64,000 nt of DNA from a candidate division WOR-3 bacterium (GTDB taxonomy: Bacteria; Hydrothermota; Hydrothermia; Hydrothermales; JAJRUZ01): the NCBI GenBank assembly GCA_039804025.1, contig JBDRZP010000002.1:96851-160850 (forward strand), given 5' to 3'. Below are positions 28,151 through 38,485 of the stretch, piece by piece. The translations under genes and the position numbers were made by a program. Below the pieces are notes generated by a model. The model ran no database searches. It saw only the letters and a program-made list of their open reading frames with translations, and was not told where the DNA came from. Position 1 is the first letter of the stretch. Each line of letters begins with the position of its first letter.

Positions 28151-29240
28151 GAAGGGCTTTAATAAGTTTTATGTTATCCTTTCTTCTTCCAACCGTAATT
28201 CTTAAAGAATTTGGAAAAATACTCCTTGGTAAAGGTCTTGTTATTATGCCTCTTTTAAGAAGTTCCTCATAAATTTTTCTTTCATCCATATTAAACCTTA
28301 CAAAAATAAAATTGGTATCTGATTTTAAATAAAATAGGTTCATTTTATCAAAATTCCTGTATAAAAATTCCTTTTCCTTTTTAATCCTTTTTCTTGATTT
28401 TTCTAAAAATTTTTCATCATCAAGAGCATAAAGAGCTACAATTTGAGCTAATCTATTCACATTAAAAGGAATTTTAACTTTTAAAAGGGCATTTATTATT
28501 TCTGGTCTTGCAAGTAAATATCCAATTCTTAAACCTGCTAGTCCATAAGCCTTTGAAAGTGTCCTTATAATTATAAGATTTTCATATTCTCTGTAAAGCT
28601 TCATACTATCGGGGAAATCTTTACTTTCTACAAAATGATTGTAAGCTTCATCAAATATAACAAGAGTATCTTCTTTCACCTTTTTTAAAAGATATAAAGC
28701 TTCTTCATGGGAAAAACTTGTTCCAGTAGGGTTATTTGGATTTGCTAAAAATATAACTTTCGTATCATCTTTTAAATTTTCTGCAATTTTAACAGGGTCA
28801 CAGGCCAAATTTTCTTCTTTTAAAGGAACTTCAATAATTTTAGCATTGAAAATTTTTGAAACTATTTTATACATTGGAAAAGAACCAGTATTAAAAATGA
28901 CTGAAACTTTATTATCAATAAAAGCCATACCAATATAGTAAAGAAGTTCAACTGAACCATTACCTATAAGCACTTCATCTTCACTAACATTGTGTTTTTC
29001 TGCAATTTTTTTTCTTAAATAGTATGAGGTATCATCAGGATAATAATTCATTTCCCTTAAAAATTTTCTCATAGCTTTTAAAGCAATTGGAGAAACTCCA
29101 TAAAGATTTTCATTTGATGCTAATTTTATAACTTCAGAAAGACCAAGTTCCCTTTTAACCTCTTCTATTGGTTTTCCTGGCTCATAAGGTGTAAGGTCAA
29201 CTAAATGCTCTTTGATTAATTTACAAATTTTTTCCTTCAT
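28131..29240 (-). CDS. Class I/II aminotransferase (histidinol-phosphate / aromatic aminotransferase-like)
   Basis: IKLASNENLYGVSP and TLSKAYGLAGLRIGY carry the PLP-Lys motif. Confidence 0.8.
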   Translation of the reverse strand: MKEKICKLIKEHLVDLTPYEPGKPIEEVKRELGLSEVIKLASNENLYGVSPIALKAMRKFLREMNYYPDDTSYYLRKKIAEKHNVSEDEVLIGNGSVELLYYIGMAFIDNKVSVIFNTGSFPMYKIVSKIFNAKIIEVPLKEENLACDPVKIAENLKDDTKVIFLANPNNPTGTSFSHEEALYLLKKVKEDTLVIFDEAYNHFVESKDFPDSMKLYREYENLIIIRTLSKAYGLAGLRIGYLLARPEIINALLKVKIPFNVNRLAQIVALYALDDEKFLEKSRKRIKKEKEFLYRNFDKMNLFYLKSDTNFIFVRFNMDERKIYEELLKRGIITRPLPRSIFPNSLRITVGRRKDNIKLIKALHEILKN

Positions 29241-30063
29241 AATATTCCCTCCTTAAGCTTTCCAAAGGGGAATCCTCTTCCCCTGAAAACATAGCACAGG
29301 TTAAAATTCTTTCACCAAAAATTTCTTTTAATTTTTTAATGTAATCCTTATAACCCAAATCTCTTATAAAATGATGGTCAATTATTACTTTGCTCTTTTC
29401 ATTTTCCTTTAAAAAATCCGATAGATCATTTATAAATTCTTCTATATCCTTTTTTTTACTTTGATATAGGGAGGGACCATCAAGAAAAAAATAATCAATT
29501 CTTTTACCCCTTAAAAAATCTTTTAAGTTTAAATCCCATAAACCCTGTGTGTCCGAGGAATAAAAAACTTTTTCCTCTTCCTCTAAAAAAAATCCTATAA
29601 CTTTACCTTGTTTTTTTTCTTTACCATGCCAAAGTCCATTAGAAAAAGTTATTTTTGTCTTTCCAAAAATAAAATCCTTTGAATCAGCAAAAAAGTATTT
29701 AATACCTCTTTTTTCTAAATCTTCTATAAATCTTTTTGCACGGATAATCTGCATATGATTCATATCTCTTTTATAATCCTTTATAAGAAGTCTTTTATTT
29801 ATAAAAATATCTGTATCAAAAAAAGGAAAATGGTCATTATGATAATGGGTAATTATCACAATATCACTCTCCTTAACATGCTCCCTTATTTTTCTGTAAG
29901 TTTCATTTAACTTTTTAATTTCAAGGGGAGAAGGAGGATAATTATTTCTTCTCGGTGCAAGGGCACAGGATGGGTCAACTATAATTTTTAAATCACCAGT
30001 TTCAATGAAAAGAGAAAAAGATCTTGTTCCAAGACTATCTGCTCCCAGTGGGACAATTTTCAT
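29221..30063 (-). CDS. MBL-fold metallo-hydrolase
   Basis: It has the metal-binding motif HYHNDH. The start is uncertain. The ATG at 30063 ([10 protein letters not shown]) is preferred over the TTG at 30135 used in the track. Confidence 0.6.
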   Translation of the reverse strand: MKIVPLGADSLGTRSFSLFIETGDLKIIVDPSCALAPRRNNYPPSPLEIKKLNETYRKIREHVKESDIVIITHYHNDHFPFFDTDIFINKRLLIKDYKRDMNHMQIIRAKRFIEDLEKRGIKYFFADSKDFIFGKTKITFSNGLWHGKEKKQGKVIGFFLEEEEKVFYSSDTQGLWDLNLKDFLRGKRIDYFFLDGPSLYQSKKKDIEEFINDLSDFLKENEKSKVIIDHHFIRDLGYKDYIKKLKEIFGERILTCAMFSGEEDSPLESLRREYYEGKNL

Positions 30064-30511
30064 AATCCAAAATTTTTTTAACCCTTCTCTCGTGTCTTCC
30101 ACCTTCAAAAGGAGTTTCAACAAATTTAAGGACAATCCTTTTTAATTCCTCCTCATCTTTAAAATTCTTTGAGCCGAGAGCTAAAACATTTGCATCATTA
30201 TGAGCTCTTGCAAGATAAGCATCTTCTTCATCCCTGCATAAAGCAGCTCTTATTCCCTTCACCTTATTAGCAGCAATCATCATTCCGATTCCTGTCATAC
30301 ATACAAGGATTCCAAAATGAGCTTTACCTTCCTTTATTTCTTCTCCGACTCTTATTGCGAAGTCAGGATAATCAGATGATTCTTCTGAAAAACTTCCGAG
30401 ATCAATTACTTCAAAGTCTTTTTCCTTTAAAAGTTTTTTTATAATTTCTTTTATTTTGAAACCCCTGTGATCAGCACCAATAGCAATTTTTATTTTAGAG
30501 GCGTCAGCCAT
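30035..30511 (-). CDS. rpiB: Ribose-5-phosphate isomerase B
   Basis: [14 protein letters not shown]...[18 protein letters not shown] is the RpiB / LacAB signature. Confidence 0.85.
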   Translation of the reverse strand: MADASKIKIAIGADHRGFKIKEIIKKLLKEKDFEVIDLGSFSEESSDYPDFAIRVGEEIKEGKAHFGILVCMTGIGMMIAANKVKGIRAALCRDEEDAYLARAHNDANVLALGSKNFKDEEELKRIVLKFVETPFEGGRHERRVKKILDYENCPTGSR

Positions 30512-31416
30512 CCGTATTTATCCTCTACCTCGCCATTTACATAACTGAAAAATAGTTCCTGAAGATGCTTTGTTACAGGACCTCTTTCACCTTTACCTAT
30601 TATCATTTTATCAATACTTCTTATGGGTGTAATCTCTGCAGCAGTTCCTGTAAAGAAAACTTCATCAGCTATATAAAGAAATTCTCTTGGTAACATAACT
30701 TCTCTAACTTCATAACCAGCATCACGAGCAAGTCTTATTACTGTATCCCTTGTTATACCAGGTAAAATGCAAGCATCAAGAAAAGGAGTATAAATTATTC
30801 CGTCCCTTACAGCAAATATGTTTTCTCCAGAACCTTCTGAAACAAATCCCATTGCATCAAGAGCAATCCCTTCTGAAAATCCATATAAAACTGCTTCCAT
30901 TTTAATAAGCTGTCCATTTGCATAATTTCCAGAAGCTTTAGCAAGAGGTGGAACAGTATTTGGTGCTATTCTTGTCCAGGAAGAAACCATCACATCAACA
31001 CCTTTTTCAAGAGCCTCGGGACCTAAATATTTACCCCATTCCCACACTGCAATGGCAACTTCAACAGGACAATCAAGAGGGTTAACACCCAGAGAATGAT
31101 ACCCCCTATAAACAATTGGTCTTATATAACATTCAGATAAATCATTTTTAATAACTGTCTCTTTACAGGCATTCATGATTTCTTCCATGGAGTAAGGTAT
31201 TTCCATTCTGTATATTTTAGCAGAATCAAAAAGTCTCCTAATATGTTCTTTTAATCTGAAAATAAATGAGCCTTTTTTTGTTTTATAACACCTTATTCCT
31301 TCAAAGACAGAAGAGGCATAATGAAGAGCATGTGTTAATACATGTATCTTTGCATCTTTCCATGGCACAAATTCACCATTCATCCATATATATTTTGCTT
31401 CCTTTAATCCAGCCAT
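30490..31416 (-). CDS. ilvE: Branched-chain amino acid aminotransferase
   Basis: [35 protein letters not shown]...[14 protein letters not shown] matches the class IV aminotransferase signature. Confidence 0.9.
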   Translation of the reverse strand: MAGLKEAKYIWMNGEFVPWKDAKIHVLTHALHYASSVFEGIRCYKTKKGSFIFRLKEHIRRLFDSAKIYRMEIPYSMEEIMNACKETVIKNDLSECYIRPIVYRGYHSLGVNPLDCPVEVAIAVWEWGKYLGPEALEKGVDVMVSSWTRIAPNTVPPLAKASGNYANGQLIKMEAVLYGFSEGIALDAMGFVSEGSGENIFAVRDGIIYTPFLDACILPGITRDTVIRLARDAGYEVREVMLPREFLYIADEVFFTGTAAEITPIRSIDKMIIGKGERGPVTKHLQELFFSYVNGEVEDKYGWLTPLK

Positions 31417-31436
31417 TTTTTAAAAAATTGTTTATA

Positions 31437-31449
31437 GGGAATTTAACCC
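31437..31449 (-). promoter_or_regulatory. Upstream motif GGGTTAAATTCCC (variant of the recurring motif), 20 nt upstream of the ilvE ATG
   Basis: Seen directly. It heads a ~13-kb run of co-oriented, overlapping genes from ilvE to the protease at 18429. Confidence 0.4.
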
Positions 31450-31559
31450 GCTATATTTTTTAAAAAAAACATTAAAACCCCTCCTTAAAATGCACTTTAA
31501 AATTGATATTTTATTAATTTCTTCTCCTTGCTTTCCTTTTCTAAATATAATAAAACAAA

Positions 31560-31895
31560 TCATAGACTTTCCAAAAAATCCTCAAATTTTTTTGCTTTTT
31601 CAAAACTGATATACCTTATAATTGGCAAAATATTTTCTTTAATATAAACTTTAAGGGATTCATAAATAATAAAATCAATATTTTCCCCAGAAATTTTTAA
31701 TTCTGATTCAAAAGGTTCTATATCTTTTATTTCCACAACAATCTTATCTTTTTTCTTCTCATATTCAATTATCTTTTCTTTTTCAGTATGTGTATCAAGA
31801 ATTTTTTTAAATCCTCTTTTTTCCAAATTATTCTTAAAAACTTCAAAAAAACCTGATATAAAATTATCTTTTCCTTTAAATTTTAATTCTTTCAT
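31560..31895 (-). CDS. Hypothetical protein, translationally coupled (ATGA overlap) to the upstream antiporter gene
   Basis: 111-aa ORF with no recognisable domain. Its codon usage is consistent with its neighbours. Confidence 0.4.
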   Translation of the reverse strand: MKELKFKGKDNFISGFFEVFKNNLEKRGFKKILDTHTEKEKIIEYEKKKDKIVVEIKDIEPFESELKISGENIDFIIYESLKVYIKENILPIIRYISFEKAKKFEDFLESL

Positions 31896-33142
31896 CTTAT
31901 TCCTTCTTTTCTTATTTTTAAAATAGGAACAAGCAAAATTGGGGCAAGAAAAGTTGTAACTGCTGTTACCATTACACTAACTCCGTAAATATCATGAGTT
32001 ATAGCACCCCTTGAAAGAGCAACTCCAGCCACAATGAGTGCAACTTCACCCCTTGGTATCATACCTGTTCCAACCCTTAATGCTCCAATAAAATTGAATC
32101 TTATTAATAGAGCAGGGATTCCACAACCAAAAATCTTTGTTATAATTGCAATAAATGTAATTACAATACCAAATAAAATTGATTTCCCCATTGAATTTAA
32201 ATCAACAAGCATACCCATAACAACAAAGAATATAGGAACAAGAAAGTGGTAAACACCTTTTAAATCTTCAATAATTTCTTCCTTCAATTCTGTAGTTGAA
32301 AAGGCAAGACCAATTGCATAAGCTCCAATTATCATAGCAAGTCCAAAGGATTCAGCAAGATAAGAGGCAAAATAAGTAAGAGCAAGAATTATAGAAAGCC
32401 AAGCTCCCTCTGATTTAAGTTTTTTTAAAATTTTTGTGAGAGGTTTTGCTATCAATATCCCAACAATAAGAATTATAAGCCAGATGGATATTGCTTTAAA
32501 GGTAATAAAGATTGCTTTATTTATTGAAACATGACCCATATCTATTATGCTGATTACAATGGTAAGAACCAAAATCCCCAGAACATCATCTACAACAGCA
32601 GCTGCAAGTATTGTAACACCCTCAGGAGTATTAATCTTCCCGAGATCAGATAAAATTCTTGCTGTTATTCCAACGGATGTGGCTGTTAAAATGGCACCCA
32701 TAAAAAGACTCTCCGGACTCATGAAGGAATCAGCAAAACCAAACCAGATTGTAAAAAGGTTACCAAGGAAAAAAGGGAAAATAACTCCTCCTGCTGCTAC
32801 TATAAAGGCAGGTAAAGAATACCTTAAGAAAAGGGAAAGTTCTGTTTCAACCCCTGAAATAAAAAGGAGTATTATTACAGAAACCTGGGCAAGAGAGTAA
32901 AGTTCAGGTGATATACCAAGTATATTTGAATTAACCAAGGGAAAGAGGGGGGATGCATGAGGTAAATTTATGTGCTTACCAAGAAAAAATGGACTTATTA
33001 AGACTCCTGCTAAAAGTTCACCGAGAACAGCAGGTTGCTTAAAAAATCTTTCAAAAATTTCACCACCTATTTTAGCAAAAAATATTATTACAGAGATCTG
33101 AGCCACAAGATGGAAGGCAATTTCAGCCAGATTAGATTCCAT
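31892..33142 (-). CDS. Cation:proton antiporter (CPA2 / Kef-NapA type Na+/H+ exchanger)
   Basis: It has about 12 transmembrane segments with LGELLAGVLISP and GLAFS motifs typical of CPA2. Confidence 0.8.
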   Translation of the reverse strand: MESNLAEIAFHLVAQISVIIFFAKIGGEIFERFFKQPAVLGELLAGVLISPFFLGKHINLPHASPLFPLVNSNILGISPELYSLAQVSVIILLFISGVETELSLFLRYSLPAFIVAAGGVIFPFFLGNLFTIWFGFADSFMSPESLFMGAILTATSVGITARILSDLGKINTPEGVTILAAAVVDDVLGILVLTIVISIIDMGHVSINKAIFITFKAISIWLIILIVGILIAKPLTKILKKLKSEGAWLSIILALTYFASYLAESFGLAMIIGAYAIGLAFSTTELKEEIIEDLKGVYHFLVPIFFVVMGMLVDLNSMGKSILFGIVITFIAIITKIFGCGIPALLIRFNFIGALRVGTGMIPRGEVALIVAGVALSRGAITHDIYGVSVMVTAVTTFLAPILLVPILKIRKEGIR

Positions 33143-33177
33143 TAATCTTTAATTTTATTATTAAAAATTATTAATTT

Positions 33178-34431
33178 TCAATATAGAGTATTCAAAATTT
33201 TTAAAGGTACCCCCATTAAACCAAAATCTTTCCTCAACTGATTTTTTATATATCTTATATAATAAGTTGGCAAATAATCCTCTGAAATAACTTCATAAAC
33301 TCTGGGAATTTTGCTTTTCTCTCTTATATCCTTAATAAAAAAAGGAGGTGGATTTTCCTTCACAACTTTTGACAAAAATTTTTTAAGAAACGATTTTTTA
33401 ATTACTCTATTCATCTCTTTCCAGACATTTCTTATAGTTAAATAAAGAGTATCAATTCCGAGCTTTTCTTTTGCAGAAACGAGGATTATGGGAACATAAG
33501 AAATATAGGGATAGATTTCCTTTAAATCCTTATAAATTTTTTCAATTTCTTTTTCTTTTAAAAGATCAATCTTATTCAAAGCAATAATTATACCTTTACC
33601 CTTTTCCTCAATTAATGAAAAAATTTTTCTTTCAATTTTTGTAAAGGGTTCACGGATATCTATTACAAATATGACAATTAATGAGTAATCAATAGAGTGA
33701 GATGTTTTTACATAGGAAAAATATTCAAGATCATTATTAAATTTTTTTCTAATTCCTGCAGTATCAATAAATATAAATTCATCTTTAAAAGCTTCAACAG
33801 GGTCCCTTGTTGTTCCTGGAACAGGTGATACAATAGCATAATCTTCTCCTATAAGGGAATTTAAGAGTGAGGACTTCCCCACATTTGGTCTTCCGATTAT
33901 TGTTACAGGAATTTTTTTCTCTTCACTTTCCTTACAGGGGAACTCTTTAATTAGACTTTCAATTAACTCTGAAATACCCCACTTTTGAGTAGCTGATATT
34001 TTAAAAATTTTCTCTTGAGGTATTGAAAGTTCATAAAAATCAAGAAGATTTTTATCTTTAGCATCTATTTTATTTATGATAAGATAGATTGGTTTATTTT
34101 TAGTTCTCAGCAAATTCATGATCTCTTTATCTCCCTCTGTTAAACCTTCCTTAGCGTCAACTACAAAGAGAAAAAGGTCAGCCTCATCTATTATTTTGAA
34201 AACCTTTGATTTTACCTCTTCTTTTAACTCATCCTCAGGACCAAAAAGACCACCTGTATCACAAACCTCAAAAATATTGTCATCATATACAACTCTCTTT
34301 CTTAAAATATCCCTTGTAATTCCAGGTAACCTGTGGGTTACAGCTATATTTTTGCCAACTATTGAATTAAAAAGGGTGCTCTTTCCTACATTAACCCTTC
34401 CTATAATTACAAAAAAGGGAATTTTTTTCAC
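33178..34431 (-). CDS. der: Ribosome-biogenesis GTPase Der (EngA)
   Basis: There are two tandem G domains ([12 protein letters not shown]...DTGG and [12 protein letters not shown]...DTAG) followed by a KH-like C-terminus. Confidence 0.9.
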   Translation of the reverse strand: MKKIPFFVIIGRVNVGKSTLFNSIVGKNIAVTHRLPGITRDILRKRVVYDDNIFEVCDTGGLFGPEDELKEEVKSKVFKIIDEADLFLFVVDAKEGLTEGDKEIMNLLRTKNKPIYLIINKIDAKDKNLLDFYELSIPQEKIFKISATQKWGISELIESLIKEFPCKESEEKKIPVTIIGRPNVGKSSLLNSLIGEDYAIVSPVPGTTRDPVEAFKDEFIFIDTAGIRKKFNNDLEYFSYVKTSHSIDYSLIVIFVIDIREPFTKIERKIFSLIEEKGKGIIIALNKIDLLKEKEIEKIYKDLKEIYPYISYVPIILVSAKEKLGIDTLYLTIRNVWKEMNRVIKKSFLKKFLSKVVKENPPPFFIKDIREKSKIPRVYEVISEDYLPTYYIRYIKNQLRKDFGLMGVPLKILNTLY

Positions 34432-34682
34432 TTCTTAATATAATAAAAAGAAATAACAAGGAAAAAAAGAGAAATATAAAAATTTTTAAAAGAAATGTTA
34501 AAAATAACAGCAGAAAGAGAAAGAGTTGAAAATTTTATTATATATAAAAACTTCTCCTCATTAATAATTTTTTTATAAAACCTATATAAGGGAAAATTTT
34601 CTAAAAATAGAAGGGAATAAAAAAACAAAAAAAATGAAACAAAAAGAGAAAAAAATCTTATTTCTCTTAAATAAAGAGGCAA
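34428..34682 (-). CDS. Doubtful small hydrophobic ORF (low complexity)
   Basis: 84 aa of F/L/K-rich sequence in an AT-rich tract. It could simply be der 5' leader or promoter space. Confidence 0.2.
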   Translation of the reverse strand: MPLYLREIRFFSLFVSFFLFFYSLLFLENFPLYRFYKKIINEEKFLYIIKFSTLSLSAVIFNISFKNFYISLFFLVISFYYIKK

Positions 34683-34737
34683 AAATAAGGAAATTAAATA
34701 AGGAAATAGGAAAAATATAATAAAGTAGAAGATTTTA

Positions 34738-34751
34738 GAACCGGGGGACGG
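34738..34751 (-). other. GC-rich 3'-UTR element GAACCGGGGGACGG (+ strand), complementary to the hup 5' leader element
   Basis: Seen directly. On the mRNA it also forms a local hairpin, AACCG-UCCCC-CGGUU, 13 nt after the hup stop. Confidence 0.5.
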
Positions 34752-34764
34752 TTTTCTAATTATA

Positions 34765-35040
34765 TTACTTCTTTACAAGGTTTTTAAGCTCTGAAGAAGG
34801 TCTGAAGAAAGGAACCTTCTGGGCAGGAATTGTTATTTCTGCCCCTGTTCTTGGATTTCTTCCTTTTCTCTGTTTTCTCTTTTTAACTCCAAAAGTTCCA
34901 AATCCAACAAGTCTTAACTCATCTCCCTTTTTAAGGGTTTGTTTTACTGCATCAATAAAAGCATCAACAGCCGCTGCTGCGGCTTTTTTTGCTATTTTTG
35001 CCTTACTGGCAACATGGTCGATAAGTTCAGCTTTATTCAT
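34765..35040 (-). CDS. hup: DNA-binding protein HU
   Basis: MNKAELIDHVA...GFGTFGVKKRKQRKGRNPRTGAEITIPA carries the HU arm signature. The RBS is AAAAAGGAGGTAAAAT. Confidence 0.9.
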   Translation of the reverse strand: MNKAELIDHVASKAKIAKKAAAAAVDAFIDAVKQTLKKGDELRLVGFGTFGVKKRKQRKGRNPRTGAEITIPAQKVPFFRPSSELKNLVKK

Positions 35041-35082
35041 ATTTTACCTCCTTTTTGTTTTTTTTTTGATTTTAAAGATTTT

Positions 35083-35097
35083 CCGTCCCCCGGGTTC
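35083..35097 (-). other. 5'-leader element (mRNA 5'-GAACCCGGGGGACGG) at the predicted hup transcription start, complementary to 34738..34751
   Basis: Seen directly. It pairs with the 3' element over 14 bp with one C bulge. Confidence 0.5.
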
Positions 35098-35104
35098 ATA
35101 TTTA

Positions 35105-35133
35105 ATTATAACATAAAAGAAAAGATTTGTCAA
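35105..35133 (-). promoter_or_regulatory. Sigma-70-type promoter of hup (TTGACA - 17 nt - TATAAT on the minus strand)
   Basis: The minus-strand -35 TTGACA lies at 35133..35128 and the -10 TATAAT at 35110..35105. The predicted TSS is about 7 nt downstream, at roughly 35098-35097. That is the first base of the GC-rich leader element. Confidence 0.6.
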
Positions 35134-35190
35134 GTCTTAATGTTGAAAGAACACATTTTCAAAAATTATTTTTTAAAACCATTATAAATA

Positions 35191-36267
35191 CTATTTTCCA
35201 TTTATACTATTTAGTATTAAATAAACTGGATTAAATTTTTCATTGTTAGAGAGTATTTTTCTTATCGTTTCAAGTTCACACAAAATTCTTTCTAATTTTT
35301 TTTCATCCTGAGAAAGTGAAACTAAAAAATCTCTTATATCTTTAAGTTTTATATGTTGAATATATTCAGGTATTATTTTCTTTCCACTTATTATGTTAAC
35401 AAGAGACACATAGGGAACTTTTGTTAAAATTCTGGCAAGGTAATATGTGAGTTCTGATACCTTATAAATTACAACCATAGGAGTCCCTGCAAGGGCACAT
35501 TCAAGAGAAGCTGTACCACTAACTGTTATAGCAAATTTAGATTTTTCTATATAAGGGGTTGGATCCTTATCTATAACTTCAAACTTATTTTTTATCTTCT
35601 CTAAAATCTCTTTTTCAGGATAAATAATGGATATTAAAAATTTATAGTCTTTAAAATCTTCTTCTATATAATCCCTTATTTTTATCATATCAATAATATG
35701 TCTTTTTATTTCTTTTTTTCTTGAGCCTGGAAGGAAGATAATCCATTTTTCTTTATTTAAATTCCAATTAATTCTTTCTGCAATAGGAGTGCCTACAAAA
35801 AAAGCGGGAACCCCCTTTTTTCTTAAAAAGTCTGCTTCAAAAGGAAAGGTTGATAAAACCCTGTCAGTATATCTTCTTAAATCCCTTATTCTCCAAGAGC
35901 CCCAGGCCCAGACCTGAGGGGGAATATAGTAAAAAACTTCCCTTTTTATTTTCTTTAAATGTTTTGCAAGAATCAAATTGAAACCAGGAAAATCAACAAG
36001 AATTATTTTTTTTATATCATTTTTTATAACAAAGTATATAATTTCTTTTAGTAAATTTTTAAAAAAGCCTACTATACCTATTGCTTCTGTAAATCCAACA
36101 ACTGCTTTTTCTGTTATATCTTTTATAAGAACAGCACCTTTTTTCTCCATTTCTTTACCGCCATAGGCAAAAATCTCAATATCTTTTCTTTTTTCTAAAA
36201 TCTTTTCAATTAAATAAGAAGCATTCTTATCACCAGAAATTTCACCGGCTACAAAAAGTATTTTCAT
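35191..36267 (-). CDS. lpxB: Lipid-A-disaccharide synthase
   Basis: MKILFVAGEISGDKNASYLIEKI is an LpxB N-terminus. The protein has GT-B architecture of about 360 aa. Confidence 0.8.
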   Translation of the reverse strand: MKILFVAGEISGDKNASYLIEKILEKRKDIEIFAYGGKEMEKKGAVLIKDITEKAVVGFTEAIGIVGFFKNLLKEIIYFVIKNDIKKIILVDFPGFNLILAKHLKKIKREVFYYIPPQVWAWGSWRIRDLRRYTDRVLSTFPFEADFLRKKGVPAFFVGTPIAERINWNLNKEKWIIFLPGSRKKEIKRHIIDMIKIRDYIEEDFKDYKFLISIIYPEKEILEKIKNKFEVIDKDPTPYIEKSKFAITVSGTASLECALAGTPMVVIYKVSELTYYLARILTKVPYVSLVNIISGKKIIPEYIQHIKLKDIRDFLVSLSQDEKKLERILCELETIRKILSNNEKFNPVYLILNSINGK

Positions 36268-36833
36268 TTTAAATAAATTATCAAAAAACCTAAAAGAATA
36301 AGAAAAAGAATTAAAAAAATAGTTGATTTTTCAAATTTAAAAACTTCAAAAAAATTATATAACTTTCTTGTCCTTTTTGAATAAGGTTTTAATTTTGGAA
36401 AAAATCTGTATGTATTTTTTTTATAAATTCTGTATTCTTCTCCAAATTCCTTTTCAAGAAAATTTTCTTCCTCAAGAACTATAAGAAAATACTGAAGGAA
36501 AAAGAGAAAGATAAAAAGTAAAAAGAAATATATGGGGGGGTTATAAAAAATCATAATAGAAAGGGATATGAAAAAATTTCCAAGATATATTGGGTTTCTT
36601 AAAAAAGCATAAGGACCACCTGTGACAAGAAAGCTAGCTTTAAGATCTTTTGCTCTTGTAGCTTCACCTGCATACATTAAACTGTAAATTCTCAAAAGCT
36701 CACCTAAAATTAAAAGAGGAAGTGAAAGAAAAAAATTTTTTACATTAGGATTTACAAAAAATAAAATTATTATAAAAAAGGGTATTCCTGTTTTATCCCT
36801 ATTTTTGTAAAGAAATTTACCAATCTTTTTCAA
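36264..36833 (-). CDS. Membrane methyltransferase-like protein (ICMT / phospholipid methyltransferase family-like)
   Basis: A polytopic membrane protein carrying RNPIYLG, which is reminiscent of the RHPxYxG motif of the ICMT / PEMT family. Confidence 0.45.
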   Translation of the reverse strand: MKKIGKFLYKNRDKTGIPFFIIILFFVNPNVKNFFLSLPLLILGELLRIYSLMYAGEATRAKDLKASFLVTGGPYAFLRNPIYLGNFFISLSIMIFYNPPIYFFLLFIFLFFLQYFLIVLEEENFLEKEFGEEYRIYKKNTYRFFPKLKPYSKRTRKLYNFFEVFKFEKSTIFLILFLILLGFLIIYLK

Positions 36834-37765
36834 AATTTTATCCTCTTTAAGTTATTTTCAATTATTTTCTTTATTCTGAGTGCAAGCTTTAAACTTTTTA
36901 AAGCTTCTCTGCCATCAACCAGAACTTTTTCCTTATATAAGCAAGCTCTTACAAAACTTTTTAATTCTTCTTTAAGTGGATTGATATTTATAACATCAAC
37001 AGGATAGGGCAAAATCTGAGAATTTCTCTTTATATATACCTGTGCATCCTTTTCCTTTAAATCAACTGATATATATGTATCCTTCTGGAAAAACCTGATT
37101 TTTCTGAAAGGCTCCCTTGAAATCCTTGAAGCTGTTAAATTACAAACAGAGCCATCCTCAAATTCTATCCTCACATTTGCAATATCAATCTTATCAGTTA
37201 TAACAGGCACACCAACTGCATCTACTTTCTTAATTATTGATTCTTTAAAAATAAAGAGAAGATCTATATCGTGAATCATAAGATCAAGAATTACATCCAC
37301 ATCTGTTCCCCTTCCCACAAAGGTAGATAGTCTCTCTGCCTCAATAAACATTGGATTTTTTATTATATCCCTTACACTCAAAATACCAGGGTTTAACCTT
37401 TCAACAAATCCAACCTGCAAAATTAGATTTCTACTTTCCGCTTCCTTTATAAGTCTTTTTGCTTCACTTATTTTAGTTGTTAAAGGTTTTTCCATAAATA
37501 AATGCCTATTATTCTTTAAAACCATTAAACCAACTTCATAATGATTAAGTGTGGGAACAGCACAGGTTATAGCCTCAACTTTTTCCATAAGATCATAGGG
37601 AGTTTTAGCAGGATAAACTGAAAGCTCTCTTGCAACCTCCTTTGTCCTTTCCTCCCTTATATCATAAACTCCGATAAGTTCTGCTTCTTCAATTTCCTTT
37701 AATAACTTAGCATGAATTGAGCCGAGATAACCAACACCAATTACCCCGACTTTAAGCTTTCTCAA
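36830..37765 (-). CDS. Gfo/Idh/MocA-family NAD(P)-dependent oxidoreductase
   Basis: VGVIGVGYLGSIHAKLL is a Rossmann N-terminus of this family. Confidence 0.8.
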   Translation of the reverse strand: MRKLKVGVIGVGYLGSIHAKLLKEIEEAELIGVYDIREERTKEVARELSVYPAKTPYDLMEKVEAITCAVPTLNHYEVGLMVLKNNRHLFMEKPLTTKISEAKRLIKEAESRNLILQVGFVERLNPGILSVRDIIKNPMFIEAERLSTFVGRGTDVDVILDLMIHDIDLLFIFKESIIKKVDAVGVPVITDKIDIANVRIEFEDGSVCNLTASRISREPFRKIRFFQKDTYISVDLKEKDAQVYIKRNSQILPYPVDVININPLKEELKSFVRACLYKEKVLVDGREALKSLKLALRIKKIIENNLKRIKF

Positions 37766-38451
37766 AGGTACCCTTTATAACCAACAGAAAAGGTTCTTAT
37801 ATGGTTATCTGATAAAAGATCTCTGAAAGAAAAAGAAAAGAAAAATTGATCCTGAAGATTAAAAAAGAACCCAGCATTAAAAATCCCGTTTTCGTGAATT
37901 GGATCATTAAAACCAAAGGAATATTCTGAAAATATTGAAAATTCAGGGGAAAAATTTAAAATAAGGGAAGAAAAAACATCCATTCCATTTTTTTCATCCT
38001 TGGTTTCAAAGGTTCTATTTATTCCTCCATTTAAAATAAATCCACTTAAAATATTTAAATCCTTACTCATAGCAAGAAAAATACCCCTTGATTTAACAAA
38101 GTATCTTTCTGTTAACTCAAAGTATTCATCAAAACCCTGTGTTTCAATACCAAATAAAACAGAAGGTAAATAAATAGATTCCTCAATAAGAAGATAAGAT
38201 ACATTAATACCTGGTAATGGATAAAACTCTACTTCTTGATCTCCCACAATACCAAGTCCTCCGTACCTCACACCAAAAGAAAATTTATCAAGGATACTAG
38301 CATCAAGGGAAAATAATAGGCCACCTTTTTTTTGAAACCTTATGTCAAATTTAAACTCACCTCTTGAAAGATTCTTTGCAAAGGGAAAATCTCCTGGTGA
38401 AAGGGAAAGAGAAAATAAAATACTTGGAAAAATGAAAAGAAATTTTCTCAT
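37762..38451 (-). CDS. Putative outer-membrane beta-barrel protein
   Basis: It has a signal peptide (MRKFLFIFPSILFSLSLS), alternating hydrophobic beta-strand periodicity and a C-terminal aromatic residue (…GYKGYL). Confidence 0.4.
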   Translation of the reverse strand: MRKFLFIFPSILFSLSLSPGDFPFAKNLSRGEFKFDIRFQKKGGLLFSLDASILDKFSFGVRYGGLGIVGDQEVEFYPLPGINVSYLLIEESIYLPSVLFGIETQGFDEYFELTERYFVKSRGIFLAMSKDLNILSGFILNGGINRTFETKDEKNGMDVFSSLILNFSPEFSIFSEYSFGFNDPIHENGIFNAGFFFNLQDQFFFSFSFRDLLSDNHIRTFSVGYKGYL

Positions 38452-38485
38452 ATGAAAAAATTTTATGATTAAACTTATAGAATTT

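Noticed and set aside
31417-31559. Possible leader peptide MFFLKNIAG upstream of ilvE, suggesting attenuation
   Set aside because: The peptide has no run of Ile, Leu or Val codons, and no terminator / antiterminator pair could be drawn. The region is probably just promoter plus RBS.
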